Shown one piece after another: positions 45,425-54,488 of a stretch of 64,000 nucleotides of DNA. This DNA is from Polyangiales bacterium (lineage in GTDB: Bacteria > Myxococcota_A > Polyangia > Polyangiales > Polyangiaceae). The notes under the pieces were generated by a model. That model had not been told where the DNA came from. It saw only the letters and a list, made by a program, of their open reading frames with translations, and did not search any database. The first letter of the stretch is position 1. Each line of letters begins with the position of its first letter. The translations under genes and the position numbers were made by a program. The stretch spans positions 96,001 through 160,000 of the forward strand of contig JBBRLQ010000014.1 in the NCBI GenBank assembly GCA_038231275.1. Reading direction: 5' to 3'.

Positions 45425-47032
45425 ATGCGATCCTCCATCAAGTGGACGGGCTCGATTCTCTCGGCAACCGCAGCGCTCGCGACCGCGGCATGCAGCTCCG
45501 CGCCCGAAACCGGCGAGCCCATGAGCATGCAGATCCCGACGGCGCACGGCGTCGTCACGCCGCTCAACGGTGGCGGTGGCGGCGGCGGAGTGGGCACGCC
45601 CCCCGCGCCGCCCCCCGCGCCCGCGTCGGCGCCGCCGAACCTCCAGTACGGCGGCGGGCCCGTGATCGGCAACGCGCACATCGTGTCGGTCAACTGGGGG
45701 CCGGTGAACCCTGCGGTGAAGGCGGCGATGCCCGACTTCTATTCGTCGCTCCTCGGCAGCGACTACATGACGCTCCTCTCGCAGTACTCCACACCGACGC
45801 AGACCATCGGCAACGGCGTGCTGCAATCGGTCCGCCAAATCTTGCCCGATCACGGCGGCACCCTGCTGAGCGACGCCGACATCCAAGCCGAGCTCATCGC
45901 CCAGATCGACGACTACGGTGTGCTCGAGCAGCCGACGGGCAACACGCTGTACGTCGTCCACTTTCCGCCTGGTGTTCGGATCGTGACGAAGGAAGGCGGC
46001 CTCAGCTGCGTCGCGAACTGCGGGTTCCACGGCGCGACCAAGACGCGCACCTTGCGGGATCTGTTCTACGTCGTCCTGCCGGATCTCTCGTCCCTCGGCT
46101 GCGAGTCGGCGTGCGGCGCCGCGCCTCTGCTCGACAACTATACGGCGAGCGCGACGCACGAGATCGCCGAGGCGATCACCGATCCACAGGGCGGCAACGG
46201 CTGGGCGGAGAGGACGTACGCCATCGAGGTCGGCGACATCTGCACGTCCAACCGCGCGAGCGTCACGATGAGCGGGCATAGGTACACCGTGCAAATGGCG
46301 TGGTCGAACCGCGACCACGCGTGCTCGACAGGGACGCAGGGATTCCACCCGACCGGCGCGCCCGGGTGCGCCAAGGACATCGGCGTCGGCTCCGGCGCGA
46401 GCGCGTGGGTGCTCGGCTGCGGAAGCGCCGAGGACACGCAGGTCTACCAGTGGATGGGGAGCTACTGGGACGGGCGCCCCGGATGGGCCAAGCACATCGC
46501 CGTGTCGCCCGAGGGCATTCCGTGGGTCGTCACGGCGAGCGGCGCGACTTACAAGTGGAACACGTCGACGCGGGCGTTCGATCTCCATCCCGCCGGCGGC
46601 TGCGCCCGCGCAATCAGCGTCGGTCGCAACGACGACGCGTGGGTGGTCGGCTGCGGTCCGCGCGCGGACGAGACGATTTACCGGCTCGTCGGCGGCAGCT
46701 GGCGCGCGATGCCGGGCGTCGGCGCGCAAGTGAGCGTGTCGCCGTCGGGGGGCGCGAACATCGTCTCGTCGACCGGCACGCCCTCGTGGTGGGACGGCTC
46801 GTCGTTCAACGTGTACTCGGGTTGCGTCACGTCGCTGGGCGTGTCGGACGTCGAGCAGTACGCGATCGGATGCGGCGCGGCGGGCGACAAGGGGGTCTTC
46901 GAGTACCGCCAGTTCCTGAGCACGTGGGATCTCGTCCCCGGCATGGCGACCAAGATCGCGGTGTCGGCAGAGGGCACCCCATGGGCCATCACCGCGAGCG
47001 GCGCAATCTACCGTGGCAACGACGCGCTGTAG
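45425..47032 (+). CDS. Lipoprotein with HExxE-containing N-terminal domain fused to tectonin-like beta-propeller repeats
   Basis: TAAC lipobox, YGGGPVI, CGFH, HEIAEAITDP, EVGDIC. Repeats such as IAVSPEGIPWVV and IAVSAEGTPWAI. Confidence 0.75.
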   Translation: MRSSIKWTGSILSATAALATAACSSAPETGEPMSMQIPTAHGVVTPLNGGGGGGGVGTPPAPPPAPASAPPNLQYGGGPVIGNAHIVSVNWGPVNPAVKAAMPDFYSSLLGSDYMTLLSQYSTPTQTIGNGVLQSVRQILPDHGGTLLSDADIQAELIAQIDDYGVLEQPTGNTLYVVHFPPGVRIVTKEGGLSCVANCGFHGATKTRTLRDLFYVVLPDLSSLGCESACGAAPLLDNYTASATHEIAEAITDPQGGNGWAERTYAIEVGDICTSNRASVTMSGHRYTVQMAWSNRDHACSTGTQGFHPTGAPGCAKDIGVGSGASAWVLGCGSAEDTQVYQWMGSYWDGRPGWAKHIAVSPEGIPWVVTASGATYKWNTSTRAFDLHPAGGCARAISVGRNDDAWVVGCGPRADETIYRLVGGSWRAMPGVGAQVSVSPSGGANIVSSTGTPSWWDGSSFNVYSGCVTSLGVSDVEQYAIGCGAAGDKGVFEYRQFLSTWDLVPGMATKIAVSAEGTPWAITASGAIYRGNDAL

Positions 47033-47204
47033 GCGTCGCGTGCGCGCGCGGCAAGGGATGCGCAGTGGACCTCGCGAGCCGTGTCACCTGCCACGAGGCG
47101 ACGACAACTCCCGGTTGACTTCGGCCGGTGCGACGTGATCCCAAGAGCGGTCGCGAGCGGTCGTAACGGCGCGAAATCACGAAACTGAATCGGCATGTGC
47201 GGTC

Positions 47205-47220
47205 CGGTACGGCGCTCGCT
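47205..47220 (+). promoter_or_regulatory. Possible sigma-54 promoter (CGGTAC-GGCGC-TCGCT)
   Basis: GG-N10-GC upstream of the gene at 47256. Confidence 0.35.
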
Positions 47221-47255
47221 AATGAGGAGCGTCTGAACCTCCCGGAGATGACCCC

Positions 47256-49001
47256 ATGACCGCACGAACGTTGATTGCCTTCGCCGTTGCTTTCGCCGCG
47301 CTCGTGCCCCCCGCGGCCGTCACGCTCGCTCCGCGGACGGCCGAGGGAGCGGCGGCGAGGCCGGACTGGTGCGGCGCGTACAAGAGCGTCGACGACACCA
47401 AAGCCAAGTGGGTCGACGGGTACATCAAGTCGGAGCACTGGAGCGTCCGCGTGCGCAACTACATCGGCGCGTCGGCGTGCGACAAGCCCGACGATCCGAT
47501 GCGGCAGGCGCTCGTCGAGACGTGGCGCTCGCAATTCTTGGCGGAGAACGGCGGTACCGCGAAGGACTTCAGCGAGATGATCGCGCTCCACATGAACAAG
47601 GACGAGGTCGAGCGGCAGCGCAAAGAGTCGTGCGACGCATTGAGGGGAGAGGGGTCGGCCGAATCGAAGCGCGCGGTCGCGTCGTCGCTGGCCTACGTCT
47701 TCGATTGCCCGACGACGCCGACGCCCGACGCCGACGATCTCCTATGGTGGACCGACAAGCCGAACGCGCCTGAGCTCGTGAAGACGCTCCTCGTCCGGAG
47801 CTGCATCTCCACGAGCGACGACTTCGGTCTCAAGTACAAGAGCGGCGCTCTCTGCCTCGGCACCACGATCGACCGCGCGCGTCTCGACGCAGAGATCAAC
47901 GTGCCTCGCTTCAACGTGTTCGCACGGACGCGTCTGCGCGAGGCGTTCGGGCAGGCCAAGCTGCTCATGGACGGCTGGATCCAGCGAACGCAGGCGGCCG
48001 GAAAACAGAACCCCGACATGCAGAAGATCTTCGTCGATGCGCCGGCCGCCGGCGCGCGCGCGTGGCAGGCGACGTACCAGGGGCACAAGGAGGCGCTCGA
48101 CCTCGCCTTCGATCTGGAAGAGAAGCTCGACGTGAGCGCCGCCGCGCAGAAGGGCTGCAGCGCGCGTGTCCGCGGCCTCCTCGCCGCGTACATGCAGGAG
48201 AAGAAGCCGCGCACTGTGGAGGAGGCGAGAAAGGTACTCGCCGACTCGGTGGGCTACCCGCTCGCGACGAACCTGATGAAGTGCGACGTCCTCGACGGCG
48301 CGGCGCTCGAGACGTTGGCCCTGTCCGCCGATCTCTACGGGACGAAGAACGTCCGCAAGATGCGCGGCCCAGGCTTCGCGGCGTACTGGGCCGCGCTCGA
48401 TGCGTACACCGAAGCCAAGTCGGCGAGCCGGCAGCTCCCGATCAACAACCTGCCCGATCCGGGGGACTACGCGGATCGGCGCGCCGGCGAGGCGTCCAGC
48501 CAGGCGCTGCGCGGCGTCGACGCGGGAGGCGGTGACATGCACGGCGTCGTCGCCGCACTCAAGCCCGAAGGGGACAACGTGAAGGTCACGTTCAAGAAGG
48601 AGCAGATCAAGGTCTACGACGAGGCGTGCGAGACCGACTACCGTACGATCACCGGCTTCGGCACCGACGGCAGCGCGCGGTTTGCGACGTACTGCCGCAC
48701 GCTCTCGACCTTCACGATGCACGTGGTCTCCGAAGATCCGGTCGTGATCGCAAAGGCGTTCGCCGGCGCGCTCGTCGTCGGCCAGAAGATCCTCTTCATC
48801 GCGAACCGCACCACGTCTCCGCGCGCCGCGTTTCCGACCGAGGTGTACGCCGACAAGGAGCAGAAAAACCTCGTGGCCTATCTCGGGATTCCGCTCGCCC
48901 GCAGCGCCGCAGCTCCCTCCGCTTCTTCGGCCGGCGACGCGAAGCCGTCGAAGGCGGGCGCGAAGAAGCGCGTGAAGGGAAAGAAGAGCAAGAAAAGCTA
49001 G
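47256..49001 (+). CDS. Secreted hypothetical protein with Lys-rich C-terminus
   Basis: Signal peptide, protein-like composition, scattered Cys. No family recognised. Confidence 0.8.
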   Translation: MTARTLIAFAVAFAALVPPAAVTLAPRTAEGAAARPDWCGAYKSVDDTKAKWVDGYIKSEHWSVRVRNYIGASACDKPDDPMRQALVETWRSQFLAENGGTAKDFSEMIALHMNKDEVERQRKESCDALRGEGSAESKRAVASSLAYVFDCPTTPTPDADDLLWWTDKPNAPELVKTLLVRSCISTSDDFGLKYKSGALCLGTTIDRARLDAEINVPRFNVFARTRLREAFGQAKLLMDGWIQRTQAAGKQNPDMQKIFVDAPAAGARAWQATYQGHKEALDLAFDLEEKLDVSAAAQKGCSARVRGLLAAYMQEKKPRTVEEARKVLADSVGYPLATNLMKCDVLDGAALETLALSADLYGTKNVRKMRGPGFAAYWAALDAYTEAKSASRQLPINNLPDPGDYADRRAGEASSQALRGVDAGGGDMHGVVAALKPEGDNVKVTFKKEQIKVYDEACETDYRTITGFGTDGSARFATYCRTLSTFTMHVVSEDPVVIAKAFAGALVVGQKILFIANRTTSPRAAFPTEVYADKEQKNLVAYLGIPLARSAAAPSASSAGDAKPSKAGAKKRVKGKKSKKS

Positions 49002-49039
49002 GCCGACGCTCCCCGCACGCCGGCTGCTATACGAGGCGT

Positions 49040-49942
49040 ATGGCGACGGGCGAGGGCGCGACCGATCCGCTCGCGCTCGTCGGCGAGGTTACCGGCGCGT
49101 CCGCGGTCACGAGGGGCGCGCGCATCCAATCGTTGTGGGGTGGCTACGGCGAGCTCTTCCGCGTGACGTTGACCGGGGCCGCGCGGAGCACTGCGGTCGT
49201 GAAGTGGGCGAAGCCGCCGGAGGGAGCGCGCGGCGGCGGCGCATCGCACGCGCGCAAGTGCCGCTCTTACGACGTCGAGACCGCGTTCTACCGGACGCGC
49301 GCCTCGCGGTGCGACGACTCGTGCCGCGTCGCCACGCTCCTCGGCGCGCGGCGCGGCGACGCAGAGTGGCTCCTCGTCCTCGAGGACTTGGACGACGTCG
49401 GCTACTCCCGCCGCAGCCGCGATCCTGGCGGCGCCGATCTCGACGCGTGCCTCGGCTGGCTTGCGTCGTTCCACGCGCGCTTCGTCGGCGAGCGCGCGGA
49501 GGGTCTGTGGCCGGTCGGCACGTACTGGCATCTGGCCACGCGAAAGGAGGAGCTCGCCGCGATCGCCGATCCCGCCGTTCGCGCGCGCGCGCCCGAGCTC
49601 GATCGCGCGCTCCGCGACGCGCGTTACTTCACGCTCCTGCACGGCGACGCGAAGCCGGCGAATTTCTGCTTCGCGCCGCGCGGCCACGCGGTCGCCGCCG
49701 TCGATTTCCAGTACGCGGGCGGCGGCCCGGGCGTACGCGACGTCGCGTACCTGATGCACGGCGGGTCACGGGCGGCGGCGGCGCGCGGCCTCGACACCTA
49801 CTTCGCGCGCCTCCGCGCGGCCCTCGCAACCGCAAGCGTACGCGCGGACGTCGACGCCGACGCGCTGGAGCGCGAGTGGCGCGCGCTCTACCCGGTCGCG
49901 ACCGAGGACTTCGAGCGGTTCCTCGCGGGCTGGCGGCGATGA
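49040..49942 (+). CDS. Aminoglycoside/choline/ecdysteroid-kinase-like phosphotransferase
   Basis: IQSLWGGYG, SYDVETAFY, LVLEDL, LHGDAKPANF, VDFQY. Confidence 0.87.
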   Translation: MATGEGATDPLALVGEVTGASAVTRGARIQSLWGGYGELFRVTLTGAARSTAVVKWAKPPEGARGGGASHARKCRSYDVETAFYRTRASRCDDSCRVATLLGARRGDAEWLLVLEDLDDVGYSRRSRDPGGADLDACLGWLASFHARFVGERAEGLWPVGTYWHLATRKEELAAIADPAVRARAPELDRALRDARYFTLLHGDAKPANFCFAPRGHAVAAVDFQYAGGGPGVRDVAYLMHGGSRAAAARGLDTYFARLRAALATASVRADVDADALEREWRALYPVATEDFERFLAGWRR

Positions 49943-50020
49943 GCGTCCGTCATGGGCGAACGGTCGCAAGTCGCCTCCGAACGGCGGATGAATCGCCGTC
50001 CTTCATGCGTCCAATGGGAC

Positions 50021-51565
50021 ATGCGCATTCCGTACGACATGGCCGTGGCCCCCCGTCTCGACCCCGGCGCCGAATGCCCGCCGCCTACGCCGCGGACGGC
50101 GCTCCTCTTGAACCCGTTCTACCCGAAGGATCCGCACGCGAGCTTCGGTAAGCACGCGCTCACGCCGTCGCTCGCCCTCACGAGCGTCGCCGCCACGACG
50201 CCGCCGTCGTGGTCCGTGCGCTACTGGGACGAGAACCTCCTTCAAGGACCGCCGCCGACGACGCCGATGCCCGAGGTCGTCGGCATCACCGTGCACCTGA
50301 CGTTCGCGCGCCGCGCGTTCGAGCTCGCGGCGTTCTACCGCGCGCGTGGCGCGAAGGTGGTGCTCGGTGGTCTTCACGTCCTCACGTCGCCCGACGAGTG
50401 CGCGCCGCACGCCGACGCGATCGCGGTCGGCGACGGCACCGCCACGTGGCCGCGCATCTTGCAAGACGTAGAAAACGGCACGCTCGCGCCGCGCTACGAA
50501 GGTAGCTTTCGGAGGCCGTACCGCGACGAGCCGGCGCCGCGACGCGACCTCCTCCCTCGCGCGTCGTTCCTCACGACGCTCAGCGTGATCGCCACGCGCG
50601 GCTGCCACAACCGTTGTGGGTTCTGCTACCTCGCGACCGACGGGCTCTCGATGCCGTACCAGATGGCCGACGTCGACCACGTTGTGCGCCAGCTCGCCGC
50701 GAGCGACGAGCCGTACGCCGTCTTCATCGACAACAACCTCGGCTCGCGTCCCCAGTACCTGCGCGCGCTCTGCCGCGCGCTGCGTCCCGTGAAGAAGATC
50801 TGGAGCGCCGCGGTGACGATCGACGTGACGGACGATCCGTCCCTCGTTCGCGAGATGGCGCTCGCCGGATGTACCGGGGTCTTCGTCGGCTTCGAGAGCC
50901 TGACGGCGGAGAATCTCGACGACGCGAAGAAGAAGACGCCCCGCCCCGACGACTACGCGCGCCGCACGCGCATCCTCCACGACTATGGAATCCAGGTGAA
51001 CGGAAGCTTCGTCCTCGGCTTCGACCACGACCGACCCGACTGCTTCGAGCGAACGGCGGAGTGGGTCGAAGCGAACAGGCTCGAGTCGGCCACGTTCCAC
51101 ATCCTCACGCCGTACCCGAAGACGCCGCTCTTTCGTCAGATGACGGCCGAGGGCCGCATTTTGCACGAGGACTGGGAGCGCTACGACACGGCGCACGCCG
51201 TCTTCCGGCCGAAGCACATGAGCCCCGAGCGCCTCGAAGAGGGGTACGCGTGGATATATCAGAGGCTCTTCTCGGCGCGATCGATCTGGCGCCGGCGTCC
51301 GGAGTCCGCGGCGGCGATCGCGCCGTACTTGGCGATGAGCTGCCTCTACAAGCGAGCGAACGGGCTGTGGCCGTCGGTCATTCGACATCGCGCCGTGAAC
51401 AAGGTGTGGCGACCGTTGGTCGAGATTTCACGGCGCCGACACGTCCGCTACCGCGAAGATCTCCTCGCGCGCGAGCCCGATGGGTCGGACGCCGATAGCG
51501 TGGACGTCACGTCGCGGCGCCCTGCCCACCGCGGCGTGCGTCTGGCCGTGTACGCCGGCGTTTGA
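50021..51565 (+). CDS. B12-binding-domain radical SAM protein
   Basis: VVLGGLH B12-domain motif, RGCHNRCGFC (CxxxCxxC), FIDNN, GFES. Start position uncertain (49952-50039). Confidence 0.9.
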   Translation: MRIPYDMAVAPRLDPGAECPPPTPRTALLLNPFYPKDPHASFGKHALTPSLALTSVAATTPPSWSVRYWDENLLQGPPPTTPMPEVVGITVHLTFARRAFELAAFYRARGAKVVLGGLHVLTSPDECAPHADAIAVGDGTATWPRILQDVENGTLAPRYEGSFRRPYRDEPAPRRDLLPRASFLTTLSVIATRGCHNRCGFCYLATDGLSMPYQMADVDHVVRQLAASDEPYAVFIDNNLGSRPQYLRALCRALRPVKKIWSAAVTIDVTDDPSLVREMALAGCTGVFVGFESLTAENLDDAKKKTPRPDDYARRTRILHDYGIQVNGSFVLGFDHDRPDCFERTAEWVEANRLESATFHILTPYPKTPLFRQMTAEGRILHEDWERYDTAHAVFRPKHMSPERLEEGYAWIYQRLFSARSIWRRRPESAAAIAPYLAMSCLYKRANGLWPSVIRHRAVNKVWRPLVEISRRRHVRYREDLLAREPDGSDADSVDVTSRRPAHRGVRLAVYAGV

Positions 51566-51574
51566 CGGGCCCTC

Positions 51575-51596
51575 CTCTCCGCGAATTTCGCGGGAG
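51575..51596. terminator. Hairpin between the convergent radical SAM gene and tRNA
   Basis: Imperfect inverted repeat CTCTCCGCGAA / TTCGCGGGAG. Confidence 0.4.
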
Positions 51597-51602
51597 TCCT
51601 CG

Positions 51603-51675
51603 TGCCCAGGGACGGAATCGAACCGCCGACACGGGGATTTTCAATCCCCTGCTCTACCAACTGAGCTACCTGGGC
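51603..51675 (-). tRNA. tRNA-Phe (anticodon GAA), CCA not encoded
   Basis: GCCCAGG-TAGCTCAGTTGGTAGAGC-A-GGGGA-TTGAAAA-TCCCC-GTGTC-GGCGG-TTCGATT-CCGTC-CCTGGGC-A folds into a full cloverleaf. Confidence 0.97.
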
Positions 51676-51773
51676 GGGCAGCGGCGCGAACAATCGTCGA
51701 GCAGGGCGGGCATTGTCAAGCACTTGCGCGCGTTGGACGGGCCAACTCGGCCGTCGTCGGCTAGGCTTCGCGC

Positions 51774-52613
51774 GTGCGACGCGTCGCCGCCCTCCTCCTC
51801 TTCTCTTTGCCGTCGGCCGCCGCCGCGATCGTCCTCGCGTGCGGCTCGAGCGGCAACGGGAGCGGCTTCGGCGACGGCAACGGGAACGACGCGAGCGGGG
51901 GCGGCGACACCGGCGCGCTCGACGGATCGGCGACGACCGAGGGCGGGCTCGATTTCGGGGACGTGCATGTCGTCGACGCCGGCGGGGACTGCGCGCCCAA
52001 CGCGACCGGCGTGCTCCGCGATTTTCACGACACGCACCCCGACTTCGAAAAATTCCTCGGCGACGATCACGGCATCGTGAAGCCCGATCTCGGCGCCGAC
52101 GGCAAGCCGGTTTACGCGCCCGCTGGCACCAGCCCGACCACAACCGGCAAGGCCGATTTCGATCAGTGGTACCGCGACGTCGCGGGCGTCAACGTGCGCT
52201 CGCTCTTCACCATCCCGTTCGCGCAGAACGACGCCGGCATCTCCTCGTACGACAACGCCGCCTTCTTCCCGCTCGACAACCAGGGCTTCGGCAACGAAGG
52301 GCGGAACCACAATTTCCACTTCACGTTCGAGCTCCACACCGAGTTCGTCTACAAAGGCGGCGAGATCTTCACGTTCGTGGGAGACGACGACGTCTTCACC
52401 TTCGTGAACGGCAAGCTCGCGATCGATCTCGGCGGCGTGCACGGCGCCGAGACGATGAGCGTCGATCTCGATCAGAGCGCGGGCGCGCTCGGGATCGTGA
52501 AGGGGCAGAAGTATCCGCTCGACGTGTTCCAGGCGGAGCGCCATACGAGCGAGTCGCACTTCCGTATCGACACGACGATCCAATTCACCAACTGCACGCC
52601 GATCATCAAGTGA
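51774..52613 (+). CDS. Fibro-slime (PA14-like) domain lipoprotein
   Basis: VLAC lipobox, LRDF..THPDFE, FDQWYRD, FFPLD, HNFHFT, GDDDVF, DLGGVH, FQAERHT. Confidence 0.9.
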   Translation: MRRVAALLLFSLPSAAAAIVLACGSSGNGSGFGDGNGNDASGGGDTGALDGSATTEGGLDFGDVHVVDAGGDCAPNATGVLRDFHDTHPDFEKFLGDDHGIVKPDLGADGKPVYAPAGTSPTTTGKADFDQWYRDVAGVNVRSLFTIPFAQNDAGISSYDNAAFFPLDNQGFGNEGRNHNFHFTFELHTEFVYKGGEIFTFVGDDDVFTFVNGKLAIDLGGVHGAETMSVDLDQSAGALGIVKGQKYPLDVFQAERHTSESHFRIDTTIQFTNCTPIIK

Positions 52614-52649
52614 CGGCGCGACCCTTCGTGGCTCGCGCCGTCCTTCGCG

Positions 52650-52859
52650 TCATCGTTCTCGCGCGCGCTTGATCTCCTCGCGGGACGGGCGCACCTCCGG
52701 GCCACCCGTGTCGCCAGGGAGGATGAGCGCGATGACGATCTCGCCGCGCGCGTTGATCTTGTCGAGCACGCGCGGGCGCGCGACGCCCTTCGCGCGCGCG
52801 AGCTCGGTGATCTGGGACTTCAGGGCGTTGACGAGGAGGTTCATTCCAAAACTGTTCAT
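52650..52859 (-). CDS. Small hypothetical protein (~69 aa)
   Basis: MNSFGMNLLVNALKSQITELARAKG..., GC3-biased codons, fills an intergenic gap. Confidence 0.5.
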   Translation of the reverse strand: MNSFGMNLLVNALKSQITELARAKGVARPRVLDKINARGEIVIALILPGDTGGPEVRPSREEIKRARER

Positions 52860-53022
52860 GCGTTCAGTGTCGGCGTCAACGGTCGCCGGTTTGCGGTAGG
52901 GGGCGGGGTGGGAAAGAGCCGGGAATTGTCGTCGGATAGGCGACGAATCGGTCGCGACGACGCTCCTTCTTCTTCCGTCGGCCGGCGATCGCACGCGACA
53001 GTGCGCGCCGCCGGGAGGTCGC

Positions 53023-54093
53023 ATGCTTCGTTCGTCGAGGTTCACGCTCCGCATCGTGCTCGCTGGATCCGCCGTCGCCGCGTTCGTCGCGTGCGGCGGG
53101 GCAGGGGACGAGCCGGTCGACGACGGCACCTCCGCGCTGTGCGGCACGTCCGACGAGTGCGAGGCGCGCAGGCGACGCGACGCCGGCGCGAAGGACGCCG
53201 CGCACGACGCGCACGACGCGGCGACCCATGACGCGGCGACCCATGACGCCGGCCCTGGCGCGATCAAGACGGTGTGGCTCGTCCTCATGGAGAACCACAA
53301 TTTCTCCAGCATCGTCGGCAGCTCGTCGGCGCCCTACATCAACGGGACGCTCCTCGCGAAGGGCGCGCACGCCACCGCCTACGTGAACCTCCCGAACATC
53401 CACCCAAGCGAGCCAAATTACCTCTGGCTCGAAGCGGGCGACAACTTCGGCATCACCAACGACAACGCGCCGTCGCAAAACCACCAATCGACGACCAGCC
53501 ACCTCACCACGCTGCTCGAGCAGGCGGGTGTCTCGTGGAAGGCATACGCCGAGGGCATCGACGGATCGACGTGCCCGCTCACGAACAGCGGCCTCTACGC
53601 GCCGAAGCACCTGCCGTTCGTCTTTTTCGACGACGTCACCGCGAACAACTCCACGTCGAGCGCGCGCTGCATCCAGCACGTCCGTCCGTTCAGCGAGCTC
53701 GCGGGCGATCTGTCGAGCGGAGCGGTCGCCGCCTACAACTTCATCACGCCGGACCTGTGCGACGACATGCACAACACGCTCGGCTGCACGACGACCGACT
53801 CGGTGAAGAACGGCGACACCTGGCTCTCCAAGAACCTCCCCAAGATCATGGCGTCGAAGGCCTACGCCGACGGTGGCGCCATCTTCGTCACCTGGGACGA
53901 GAGCGAGGGCGGCGACTTCCCCATCGGCATGATCGTGATGTCTCCGCTGGCGAAGCCGGGATACGCCAATAGTGTGCACTACACGCATAGCTCCACGCTG
54001 CGGACGATGCAGACCATCTTCGGGGTGGGGCCGTTGCTTCGCGGCGCCGCGAAGGCGACCGATCTCGGCGATCTCTTCACGACGTTTCCCTGA
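53023..54093 (+). CDS. Phosphoesterase-family (acid phosphatase/phospholipase C-like) lipoprotein
   Basis: LMENHNF, HPSEPNY, YAPKHLPF, ITPDLCDDMH, TWDE, YTHSSTLRT. Confidence 0.9.
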   Translation: MLRSSRFTLRIVLAGSAVAAFVACGGAGDEPVDDGTSALCGTSDECEARRRRDAGAKDAAHDAHDAATHDAATHDAGPGAIKTVWLVLMENHNFSSIVGSSSAPYINGTLLAKGAHATAYVNLPNIHPSEPNYLWLEAGDNFGITNDNAPSQNHQSTTSHLTTLLEQAGVSWKAYAEGIDGSTCPLTNSGLYAPKHLPFVFFDDVTANNSTSSARCIQHVRPFSELAGDLSSGAVAAYNFITPDLCDDMHNTLGCTTTDSVKNGDTWLSKNLPKIMASKAYADGGAIFVTWDESEGGDFPIGMIVMSPLAKPGYANSVHYTHSSTLRTMQTIFGVGPLLRGAAKATDLGDLFTTFP

Positions 54094-54107
54094 TAAACTG
54101 CCTGTAA

Positions 54108-54446
54108 ATGGCAGGGCAGAGGACACCCGCGTACTACCGGGTCGTGGTCGACGTGGAGCCCCGCCTGGCGCAGCACTGGTTGGCGTGGATGCTCGACGAG
54201 CACATCCCCGACGTCCTCAAGCAGCCCGGCTTCATGCACGCGCTCGTCCTTCGTGATCTGGAGACGGAGTCGCGCTTCGTCGTCGAGTACATCCTCGTCG
54301 ATCGCGACGCCCTCGACGCGTACCTGAACGGTGACGCCATCGTGGATCTCCGCGCCGCGCACGACAACCGCTACGCCGGCAAGGTGAGGACGCAGCGGCA
54401 GGTGCTCGAGCCCCTCGCCGAGATCGCCGTCCGCCGCGACGGCTGA
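54108..54446 (+). CDS. DUF4286-like small protein
   Basis: WLAWMLDEHIPDVL..PGF pattern, LDAYL. Confidence 0.75.
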   Translation: MAGQRTPAYYRVVVDVEPRLAQHWLAWMLDEHIPDVLKQPGFMHALVLRDLETESRFVVEYILVDRDALDAYLNGDAIVDLRAAHDNRYAGKVRTQRQVLEPLAEIAVRRDG

Positions 54447-54488
54447 TTTCGAGGCGACGCCGCCAAGCTGTGGCAAGATCGGCCGCGC

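Noticed and set aside
51603..51675. tRNA-Phe as the integration site of a genomic island
   Set aside because: I saw no integrase, no duplicated tRNA 3' end and no obvious compositional shift.
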